A stretch of 63,858 nucleotides of DNA, filler included, from Welwitschia mirabilis (taxonomy: Eukaryota), in NCBI GenBank assembly GCA_051453625.1. It is 5 parts of one record of this genome, joined end to end, with 100 filler letters (N's around TTAATTAATTAA, not from the genome) between each part and the next. Parts side by side here need not be neighbours in the genome. Positions count along the whole stretch, not along the records: positions 1 to 27,827 come from JBOZIK010000001.1; 4 more parts are not named here. One strand, written 5' to 3'. Below the pieces are notes generated by a model. That model had not been told where the DNA came from and ran no database searches. It saw only the letters and a program-made list of their open reading frames with translations. This document shows, one piece after another, positions 11,600 through 23,019 of this stretch (positions are counted from its first letter, which is position 1; each line of letters begins with the position of its first letter). The translations under genes were made by a program, and so were the position numbers.

Positions 11600-14500
11600 T
11601 AAAAATATGGGCTTAATAAGCAATGATAAGGAAAATTCTCAAATGTTTTCAAACTTATTAAACATGAAAGAGTAGAAAGTTAATTTGCTAAAACTCAAAA
11701 AACAATGGAATAATTATTATTATAAATGAAAGAAATGATATCTGTTAATAGTGCTAAAAAAGAATAAGCCTTTTGGATAAAAACCATGAGTGAAAATAAA
11801 AAGACAATAAGAAAACTATTGAGTGATTAAGTACTAAATATTATGATAAAAAAGTATGTAAATATCAAGAAAAATAACTAAGGGAAAAAATGAACAACTA
11901 GGAACATGAAGAAGATTACTTATGTACCCTAAATTTCAACTTAATAAAGTTTCTTAGAAGAAATCATAAAATCAACTAATTAGTAATGTATGACAAGATG
12001 TAAAAAACCTCATAAAGTAGTACGTGAATAAGTAATGATTATGACAAAGTTAAAAAGATCTAATGTTTACAATTAATGAATTATAAGATCAAAAGCTATT
12101 TAAAATGAATGCACATGCTTAGACCCCACAACCACATTAGAATCCTAAAAAGTGAGATGATCATGTGGGATTACTATATGCATAATGAGTCTAAAAAATT
12201 AGTAATGCCTCTAATGATAATAGGAACATCATTGATTCCATAACCTCAAAGTAATAATTATTTCCATAATAAGGGGAGTACAACCATTGTTAGAGGAGTA
12301 AGGACCCATGAAGCATGGCTAACTAGTGCTATAGGATAGGCATAAAGTAATGAGATGAGAAATAAGGGAGAACACATCTAAACAACCAAAGAATTATACT
12401 ATTAAGAGAGAATAAAATGACTAAGGCATCTCCCTTTGAAATAAAACTCATAGACATATGAATGTCTTATGATTAGGTGAATCCAATCTTATCACTTTAA
12501 AATACCCAAGTAAAAGATTACTAGTCATATAATTTCATAAAGTAATATATTAATTAAGTTAAAGATGTTAAATTGATAGCATGATATCCACAAAAGGAGT
12601 TGACTAAGAAAAAATTTAAACAATGATAGAGGACTCCCAAGATAAGTCCTTCTAGCATGTTTAAGATTTTATTGAAGGGAAATTAATAGATTTTTAACCT
12701 TTATCCATTAAATTTTATAAATTCTCTAGTATTTAGATTAAAAGTTTTAATTTAGCCATTATAATGTACTTTTTTCAAAAGACAAGTATCTAACCATTTA
12801 GAGGTTAATTTGTCGTGTACAAGGTAATGTACTTTTTTGGGAAAAATAAGTGTCAAAACAAATAGAAACTAATTGATAAAACATAAAAGGCATACAATCA
12901 TCTAGAAGTAAAATCAACTATAGGAAGAGAGAGTAGGAGGATAAAACCTTAATAAAAAAAAATTTCCAATCTAAGTAAGACATAAAGAAGTAATAAATTT
13001 CATTGAAAAATAATGTCTTATTGAAGCATCATAGATCATGAGTATCATTATATAATTTATTCAAGGAACTACTCAAAGAATGGATCTAATAAATTTTATG
13101 CCCAAGTAAAAGATTATTAGTCATGATAACTTCATAAAGGAATACATTAATTAAGTTAAAGTTGTTTAAGTGATAGCATGATGTCCACAAAAGGAGTTGA
13201 CAAAGGAAGAATTTAGACGGTGACAAGAAGACTTCTAAGACAAGTGCTTCTATCATGTTTAAGATTTAATTGAAAGGTAATTAATATATTTTTATCCTTC
13301 ATCGATTAAATTTTCTAAATTCTCTAGTATTTGAATTGAAAATTTTAATTCAGCCATTAGAATGTAATTTTTCTAAAAGATAAGGATCTAACCATTTAGA
13401 GGTAAATTACTTGTGTACAATATGCACCTAGGTAATGTACTTTATCAGGAAAAATAAGGGTCAAATAAAATAGAAACTAATTAATAAAAAATAAAAGTAT
13501 ACAACCATTTTAAGCTAAAATCAATTATAGGAAGAGAGAGTATGAGGATAAAACCTTAAATTTTGGAACCTAAATAAGAGGTGAAGAAGTGATAAATTTC
13601 ATTGACAAATAATTTCTTATTGATTTATCATAAATAATGAGTATCATTACATAATTTATTTAAGGTACTACTCAAAAAATGGATACAAGAAGTTTTTTAA
13701 GGATATTTTATAATGTTTAATAAGATTAAGAAGATCATTTAGATTTAATTCTAAGCATGGATTATTATTAAGAAGATAAAGTTTATCCTAATTTAAAATT
13801 TTAAGATATTCAAAGTCATACTTTTGAAAAGAGTAATCATTAGAGACAGCAGGTAAAGTGAACTTGGTAGAAGAGGGAAGGATATTACTTTGAGTATTAC
13901 ATAGAGTTTTAAGAGGAAGACATTAAGAAATATTAAGAAAAAACTTTTCAAAATCATGAGTTTCATTCAAGTTAAAAAAAGGGATGTGGCTTTGAGAATT
14001 ACCTAAAGGATTAAATGGAAGAGATAGATAAAGATTATCATTATCAAGATCACAAGGTAATGTGGAAATAGAAGTAGAAGAAAGGATCTTATTTGGAGTT
14101 TTACATGAAAGTACAAGTGGAAGAAATGAAAAAACATGGGTAGAATCTTCAGGTTTATTTATGGTATTAAAATGATCAAATCTATCCTCTATTAAGTTTA
14201 ACTGAATCCCTACAAACCCTTCATTATGTTCCTTTTCTTTATTGCTATCTTCATTCTTACTTTTTTGAATTGTTTTTTCACTTTCTTCATCATTATCTTT
14301 GACTATATCTTCCTTCTATTATTAAGTGTTGTTTCATTCTCCAAATTATTGGATTTATTAAAGAGACCATAAATAGAAATGTGCTAATATTCATCATGGA
14401 TTAAAAAATTTTTAGATTCTTCATGAAATGATTTTTCTATTTTAACACGATTTCCTAGTAGTAAATGAATTTTGAGGATATAATACAGTGTCTCAATATC

Positions 14501-17084
14501 ATCATCTAATGAATAATTATCTTTCTTTGTACTTATTATGAAAAAATTTAGTTGAGTCATCATTGTCTTCTATTTGATCATCTCCTAATAAGTAGGATGT
14601 TAAAGTCTGATTTAAAATCTCATTTTATATTCTAAAATAAGAATTGTTGTTACTTGTTTCAAAGTTATTCTCATTCTTCTCAAGGTGGAATGTAGTAAGA
14701 TAGGTTTGAGAATATCATGTTGGAAATAAACTTTGATTTTGTAATATGACTTTTTAAAGGATTTCAATCAAATTTTGTTATTTTTTAGTTTGATTTTTTA
14801 AATTTTCTTGCNNNNNNNNNNNNNNNNNNNNNNNNNNNNNNNNNNNNNNNNNNNNNNNNNNNNNNNNNTCATGGAAAATGGATCTTCTTCATAGTAACTC
14901 ATAGCTGATGGTTGAGGTTTACTAAAATGATTATAGGATACTTATCTAAATAAAGTGAAATCTCTAAAATGTTAAAAATCTTCATTGAAATTTCTACTTA
15001 AAGATTGAAAAGAAGAGGGAAAAAATAAGAAGGTTTAAAATAGGAAGGATCCTAGTTCCTAGTCTTAACATATTTTAATATTGTCCTCCCTCTTTTTGTA
15101 AAAATTTCAAGAAGTNNNNNNNNNATTTTTCTTAGAAATCCACAAGTTACTCCTCCTTTCAAAAGGAATTTCTCAAAAGGTCCTTATATCACTATTTGAA
15201 AAACAGAAGAGAGAGATGTAATAAGAATAATTAATTAAGATGATAAGGAAGATAATTACAAGATGAATATGAAGTCCTGCTCCCTCAAACATTTCATTTT
15301 TTACCAAAATTATTTATATCCTTAACACACCAAAAAAAACATAATGATCATCATCTTGTTAGTTGTCTGGATGATATGTAAGATGGCCAATAAATCTTTT
15401 GTAAAAGCAAAATAAAAAAAAAGGTGCATAGAAACAAAAATAGAGAAAACACTGATAGTTATCTGCTTCATGATTTAAATGATAGAGAGGACGACATTAA
15501 CTTCATTTCATTACCAAAAAATAAAAAATATTTTTTTGTGAAAAATAGGAAAAAATAATTATTGACCATTCTCTATCACAAAAATTACAAAAATATTACA
15601 GAAAACAAAAATTACAAAAACTAAATGTATGGAATCTAGACTAGAAACATAGCATGAATTAAATGAATAATCCAAATTAAAATCTAAGTTACTTATCTAG
15701 AGAGTAATAATTCTTTAGCTCATTAGATCCTTTCTTGGTAATGATGTTAAAATATTACTATGTAAATTTGTGTAATTCTTAAATCCATAAGCAAATCCTA
15801 TAAATCACAAATTCTTACATAAAACACACACTAGTATAGATAGAGTTAACCTAAATTTTAAAATCCCTTGAAGCCATCAGGCTAGAAGTTGGAGAATTGA
15901 ATTTGTTAAAGTATTTTTAGTCTTTTTTCTTTAGGTAAATGAAATTAAGAATAATACAACAATACAATAAAAGGTCAATGAAAATTAATGCTTACAGATA
16001 AAATGCAAATGAAATAATTCTAAGTAATGAATCTATTTGNNNNNNNNNNNNNNNNNNNNNNNNNNNNNNNNNNNNNNNNNNNNNNNNNNNNNNNNNNNNN
16101 NNNNNNNNNNNNNNNNNNNNNNNNNNNNNNNNNNNNNNNATTTTTAGTCTTTTTTCTTTAGGTAAATGAAATTAGGAATAATACAACAATACAATGAAAG
16201 ATCAATGAAAATGTAATGCTTACAGATAGAATGCAAATGAAATAATTCTAAGTAATGAATCTATTTGACTATCAATCTTTCTGTCATCAAGATCAACTTT
16301 TATAACTTAGAATAATTAGGAATAATTATCACTTAATCCTAACCAATGTAAACTATAATAAACATCAAATAAAGTATAGATAAATGTAACTATAAAAATG
16401 TCATATGAAATGAAATGCAAGATCTAAAGTAGTAGCACTCAATGGAGGATACACAACCCAACACTAAGCAGGACTTCTCTCTGAAGCATAGAATGGACCT
16501 CTTACCACTCAATCTTTGATCATACGATTTTCTAATATAAAAGATGAATTTGGGGATAAGGGTAAGAGAGTATTTATAGTTTTACATTAAAGATTCTAGA
16601 AACAAAACATTAGAAGTTAGATATAAAACTGTAATAGCCCACATGAGGCACATGACTTCATTACAAAGATAAGTAGTTTTATTCATGTAAAATATTTTTC
16701 ATCTTGAATATCATTTAGATGACTTAGGAAATGATACCCTATAATAAGATATTAACATCTTTATCTTCTAGCTTAGCTTCTACTCCTTTAGCCTCAGTCC
16801 ATATCATCATTGCCATCTTGACCATCACAAGGATGCCAGAAGGGATGACAAGCTTTCTAAGTTCTCTAGCTAAGATAAGTTAACCTCTTGAATAATTAGT
16901 CTCCTCTTCAAAATGATAATATTAAAATTTACCTACAATACCTTAAAATACATCCAAAATTACATGTTTTTATGATTATCCCATAAAGTATCCATAATCA
17001 TTATAATTTCATTCAAATCCATCTGAATGTCTTGTAAAAGTACTCAAAATATCCATTAAGTACATATAATTTGGAATCGCAATA
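11600..17084 (-). mobile_element. Truncated internally deleted gypsy element (5' LTR 15753-17084, PBS, decayed internal region, integrase tail, 3'UTR)
   Basis: PBS remnant TTTCTTGGTAATGATGTTA at about 15731-15749 next to the LTR. The 3'UTR at 11.9-12.6 kb matches the other copies. No RT or RNase H recognisable. Left boundary approximate. Confidence 0.7.
12505..13690. repeat. Diverged tandem duplication of a ~590 bp unit
   Basis: CCCAAGTAAAAGATTA... begins at both ~12505 and ~13101. The copies align throughout with many substitutions and there is no gap between them. Confidence 0.85.
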
Positions 17085-17089
17085 AGGAA

Positions 17090-17790
17090 AATACACTTGA
17101 TGGAAATACATAAACCTTTTATTACTCAAGATTAACATCAACTTATAAAGTGATAGCACATCAATGGAAGATACACAATCCAACACCAAGAAATACTTCT
17201 CTCTATAGCTAGAATGGACCTATTTCCCTTTGATCTCTCATCATAAGATTTCTAGTATAATAGATGATCTTATGATATTAAGGAAAAGGGGCATTTATAG
17301 CTCTACATGGAATATTCTAGAAATGAAATCCTAGTAACTCAAAGGGGTACATAACCCCATTATAAAGATAATAAATTATATTTATTTATGATATAAAATA
17401 ATTGTTATCCTAATGGTTGTCTGGATAATCATGAAAATGATATCACATTATTATGTATAACTTGTTGCCTTCTAATCCCAATCCATGTCAGCATCCTTGT
17501 TAGCTCCAAATGCATTATTTTTTTATGAATATTATCTAAATGACCATGTGAATGATATCCTCTTAGGTCTTCTAACTAAGAAAATNNNNNNNNNNNNNNN
17601 NNNNNNNNNNNNNNNNNNNNNNNNNNNNNNNNNNNNNNNNNNNNNNNNNNNNNNNNNNNNNNNNNNNNNNNNNNNNNATGATCATTCCACCAACTCTCAA
17701 TAATCATCAAAACTTCACCTAAACCTATCTACATGTCATGTAAAAGTATTTAAATACATCATCAAATATATACAATTTGACATCACAACA
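17090..17790 (-). repeat. Truncated LTR of the same gypsy family
   Basis: Shares the CAATGGA(A/G)GATACACAA block with the LTRs at 16440 and 37120. Ends CATCACAACA at 17790. Confidence 0.7.
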
Positions 17791-17794
17791 CTAA

Positions 17795-19184
17795 GATAGC
17801 CAAATTTAGTTAAATTATTAGTCTTAAAAAAGTCCACCATAGTTTTAGCATTATTGTGATTATAAGAACAAGATTATATCCATTTAATAATAGATCTATT
17901 GATGCACGTTAGAAGGTAAGTAAGATCATTGGAAATAAAAGATCCATACATCAAAAGGCTCTATAACTAATATAGGATTTATAGACATGATGCCCTTCTA
18001 ATTAGACTCTCGAGTTTCTAATATTTTTCACATGCATTACATAAAATATAAGAGTATTTAAAGATGGTAGGCTAATAAATTCCAAATTATGAGATACAAG
18101 TAGAAGTTTTATTAGAGAAGAAGTGATCATCACATGTTTCTAAGTTATATGAATTAATAACATTTTGAGTCTTACTTTGATGGATGCATCTTCAGTTGAT
18201 GTAATCAAAATAATATTTAAAAAGGTATGGATCATTTTAAAAAAAAAATATTTCACATGAAGTAAAAATCTCCTTTTGTCATTACAAATGTAATAGAAGG
18301 TAGACTTCTAGAGACAACATAGCTAGCTATATTAACATACTGTATATACTTCAAAAATGGAGAAAAGACACTCATCAAGAAATAAATCATTAATAGAAGT
18401 GGTATTTTACAAGTCATTAAAATACATACAAGACAAGTAATTAGCAATTATATTCTTAAAAATCATTTTTATCCTTAATTTCAAGGTTAAATTCCTATAG
18501 CAGGAGCACCCATCTGATGAGTCTAGGCTTAACAACTTTATTGATAAAAATATATCTAAGAGATAAGTGGTTAGTGTAGATAGCAATCTTAAATCCTAAA
18601 AGGTATTACATAAAATTTTCTAAAGTAAAATCAATTGCTAAGACCTCCATTTCAGTAATAGTATAATTACATGATTTTCATTTATGATTTTGCTAGCATA
18701 GTAGATAATTATTTCTTTTTTCTCCCTTCTTTTACCTCAAATAACACTAATTGCATATCCAATTGTATCACACATAAGCTCAAAGGATAATGACTATTTA
18801 GATGATTAGATAACAAGTACTAGACTAAGTTTTTTCTCTTAAGTTAGTTAAAATATTATTGACATTTATGGGTCCATTTAAAAGAAACATCTTTACCTAG
18901 AAGGATACATAATAGTTTTGACAATTTTGCTAAGATTTTTAATGAATTTTCTATAGTACTTGATATGTATAAGGATGTATCTAACATCTTTAACTTTCTA
19001 TGGAGTAGGTAGATTAGTAATTAAAGAAAAATTTATAGGGTTTACTTGGATTTCATCCTTAAAAATAATTTGGCCTAATACAATACCCTTATTCATATGA
19101 AGTGACACTTTTTCTAATTTAAAACTAAATGTTTTTAGTGCATCTAATAAGAACAAGATCAAGATTTTTAAGATAATGCTAAAA
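17795..19184 (-). pseudogene. Gypsy pol remnant (RT C-terminus, RNase H, integrase N-terminus), cut at 19185 by the CACTA element
   Basis: Minus-strand translations include KKCHFI, KGIVLGQII, KVKDVR, KPRLIRWVLLL*EFNLEIKDK and DDPYLFKY. Confidence 0.8.
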
Positions 19185-19450
19185 CACTAGTAGAAATATT
19201 GGCTTTTATGGAATTTATTAAAATAAGTACCTTAAATATAGAGATTTTTAAGATGTTTACTTTAATAAATTCCTTAAATAACGGTAATGGAAAGTTATTT
19301 AAGATGTTTATTTAGATAAACATCTTAAAAGTAGTTTTAGATTCTTTTTAAGGTATTTATTAAAATAAATGCCTTAAAAATTCTAGGTTTTTAAGGAGTT
19401 CATTTGCATGTTTTTAAGGTGTCTATAATAAATGACTTAAAAGATACCTA
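19185..19450 (+). repeat. CACTA left terminal inverted repeat and subterminal repeat array
   Basis: CACTAGTAGAAA followed by paired inverted motifs such as TTTAAGGTATTTAT-TAAA-ATAAATGCCTTAAA. Confidence 0.8.
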
Positions 19451-20308
19451 AGAAAAGCAACTTATATTTAAACCAAAAAATAAAAAAATTCATTTCATCA
19501 TGCATCTTCACACTTCAAACAGTTGTAGCCCTAGTTTTTCACTTCGCAGATTTGCTAAGGAAGTTTGCAATAGAGATGGGAAATTAGGAGAGTGAACTAT
19601 AAGAGTTTTAGCTAAAATACATTTCTTACACTTCTTCTCATTTACTATTGTTGACATTCATGACTCTATCCTTGTAAGAATGAGTATTTGAAATTCCTCG
19701 AGCCCCACCACTTCCTCATTTATTCAAGTTTCAAAGAGAGGTAAAGAACTTTCAACTTTAGGGAATTCAAGAATAGAAATTAGGGGGGAGAAGCATATAA
19801 GATGGAGGTTTGAAAAATATAATATAAGCCATGGAATTTCAAGTGAGGGAAAATGTGATGGTCATCAAAGTGCAGGTGCAAAGTATAGATCATGATGTTA
19901 TAGGTATACAACACTAGTAGTATCATTTCTAGTATCTATTGATTATGCCTTTAGAAATTGTAGACACTTGAAAGAACTACTTGCAATCAAAATTCTAGCT
20001 TCTTTAGGTAATCTTTTACTCATGAGGTATGCTCAAGTTTTTATTGAACTTATTGAGAACATATTAGTTGTATCATGTCATGGTTGTAGGATTGATAACT
20101 CTAACTATCTCTAAATGTGCAAGTTTGAAACTACAAAAATAGTATAGATTTCAATCCTTAACTTTGATTATTTATTAATTAGGTTTTTGGATGAGTTACC
20201 ATTTTTGCATTTATAATACTCTTTTAATCTATGTGAATGTGGCTTTTGGACTTTCATCAGCATGACCTAGCAAGGTTGAGGGATTCAATAGGCTTTAGTG
20301 TACAAATT

Positions 20309-20609
20309 TTGGGAGTAGAGTTGAATGTGGTGGATTTTAAGCTAGAGGAAGATGACCTTACAGATGATGAAATTAAAATAGAAGATGCAAATGTAGAAGT
20401 AGGGTAAGAGGATGCAGTCCATTCTTCTAGTTCCTTCACCTCCAAACTCAAATCTATGATAACAATCACTGGGGATGCTTTTAGAAATGGAACAAAAATG
20501 ATGAAGGGGAGGGGTTTTAGAGAAAACATGAATGTAAAACACAATAGTAATTTCATAGTTAGTGATTTCGATTCTCTTGATTTTAAGAGTGGTCTTGGAC
20601 CTTAAAGAT
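20309..20609 (+). pseudogene. Y14: Captured first exon of Y14/RBM8A (exon junction complex subunit)
   Basis: Translates as VELNVVDFKLEEDDLTDDE...KLKSMI...KMMKGRGFRE...SDFDSLDFKSGLGP*R, matching plant Y14 (AVDFEPEEDDLMDEE...RLKSAI...KKTKGRGFRE...RDFESL...GPQRS). A GT donor follows at 20610. Two stops, and the RRM exons are absent. Confidence 0.85.
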
Positions 20610-21409
20610 GTAGGTTCTTAATTTTCTTTTCTCTTCATTTAGGATATCTAGGGTTTATTTTATTTTTTTCCTCACTATTTTTTACTTGAGGAGTTAGTCA
20701 TTCTATTATTTTTAGAATGAAAAGGGTTTTCTTATTAATGAAATGGACTAAAAAGGCTTTCTAATCATGAAAATATCATTGGCTTAGATAAATACAATGC
20801 CCTTCACATCAAAGTTTATCTATATTTATCATATTACTACCTAAAGTTTATAAACATAATGAATAATAAGAGGAAATGGAATGCTTACAATAAGTAAACT
20901 TTGTAGAAGCTAGTTAGAGAGATGTGTATAGGATGCCAAAGATGCAAATTTGATGGAAATAAGGAGCAAGTATGAAATGCAAGTGAAAACTCAATAATGA
21001 CAGTGGTAACATAGGTACAAGCTATGCACTAATGGGTAGGAGCACCAAGACTACAAGCTATAAGCAGGTATAAGACAGTAAATAAAAGGTAGTAGTAGTG
21101 CATAGTTCTACAACTAAATCAGTTGTACTAATCAAAGGAAGTAATTAGAGACAGCATAAAATAAGCCAAGTGGTGGCTAGTATGAATGTAGGCAGACACA
21201 TGATCAGTTTGAAAAGTAAAAGAGGATGGGAGGAGGTGAAATTGTGCAAGTGTCAAAAATGTGGGGAGGTGAGGCAAAATTTCATAATGCCACACATCAT
21301 GCCACTCAGGTTATGATGCTATACACAAGAATATGGTAATAGCATAGTATGATTTCTAATGTTTCATTTTATAAACATGTGGCTTGTTTAATATAATGAT
21401 AAGTGCAGA

Positions 21410-21555
21410 TGGTGGTATCTAATCTTACACATCAACACTATCACAGTACTTATCTCTTTCTTTCAAGCATATTAAGCATAACATTTCCCCCCATCTAGCT
21501 CAATTGGTAATGTGAACAACATTGGAATCTCACTTATAATGTTTTTTATGGCATT
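21410..21555 (+). pseudogene. Short leucine-rich-repeat (RLK/RLP-type) fragment
   Basis: QYLSLSFKHIKHNISPHLAQLVM*TTL plus frameshifted LTYNVFYG fits the plant LRR consensus LxxLxLxxNxLxGxIPxxLxxL. Confidence 0.45.
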
Positions 21556-23019
21556 TGATACAAGGGAATAATAGTCTATGATAATTGAGACATTACTATC
21601 AACTCAAAACTTCCATTACTTAAAAACTTTTTGTAATTTTATCTTTCCCTCAGAAGCATAGTCATGAATTATGTACGGATGTCACACTCAAAAACATTTT
21701 GTAACTCTACCTCTCCTTGAGAAGTATAGCCATCATGATTACTCAAACAATGATTTTAATTACACTTAAAGCCTTATAGTATGCTAATTATGTCATCAAA
21801 AAATTCAAATTCATAGCTCCTAAAATTGAGGATAAGTGTTCCACCAATAAAATTACCATCTAATTAGGGATTTTACTCATGATTTAAGCTACAATCATAA
21901 ACCTTTTAGTGTACTACATCATTGGTTAAATTCATTATTATGAGTTATCAGCTTTTAAGTTTCAAGTTTTTTATTTCTAAGATGTATCTAGGACTTTTCT
22001 ATCTATCCATATATTTAAGGTATTACATAGACCATATAAGATATGAATATTTTTTATCAGTTGTTACACTGGTATGGAAATTGGGTTCATTTAATCAAAT
22101 AAAGTAGTGGCCCTAAGACATGCCATATATGAGCTTTAATCTCTTATGCATAAATGAAATACAATACCTAAAACTTTGATGGTTGACTCATTGAATGGTA
22201 TGAATCCATTGATATGTACTCATTTAGTTAATAAAAATAGTAAGTAATTACCTAATGAGATAAAATTCATATGCTAGTAATTTATTTTGCTTTTTTAACT
22301 TAAAGGTTATCTTGAAGATTATTTATTTATCTTTTTTGGTAAAGAAAGCAAGAAGTTTTTACATCTTTTCTTGTATCTTGCTTTTTATCATTTAAAAGTG
22401 TGGAGTGTAGATAGTTTAATAGTTATGATTGAAATGTATGAGGAACATAATGGAGTTGGGGGGTACTAGTATCTATCTTTTATTCTATATTATTTTAAAC
22501 ATATCATGTGACTGGCACTATTTTTTTAATTCCTTTTTTACTTTTTCCTTCTTCTTTTCTAGTGTGTAAATAACTTTGAGTTCATTAATAACTTATTGTT
22601 AGTAGTACTTACAAGTTCTCACATTCTAGAAGAAAAATGGTAGAATCTATACTGATATGAAATATTCTTCAGCTATGTGCTTGTAATCTTTCTTTCTGTA
22701 AGTAATATTTTATTTTTGGGCTTAAGATATCCATTATTAGGGGTTATTCTAGAGTTTACATTATGAGATTATTCTGTAAAGGAAAAGAACATAAATGATT
22801 TAATAACCTTTTGCAATCTTTTATTTTCTAATCCCTTTACAGGAAAGTTTCTTAGAACTTCAAATACATTTTGCATATTTTGTTTATTTAACTTTATTAC
22901 ATGATGTTTGAGCTTACTCCATTCCTGTCTTATTTCAGTTCATTGTGCTACTGATTATAGAAGGTAGGTAAGAAGAAGAGGAATTTATTTTTTTTTTTTT
23001 TTGTTTTTTGTAAAGAACT

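Noticed and set aside
20257-20556. 99-aa minus-strand Ser-rich ORF
   Set aside because: It is the antisense shadow of the + strand Y14 exon.
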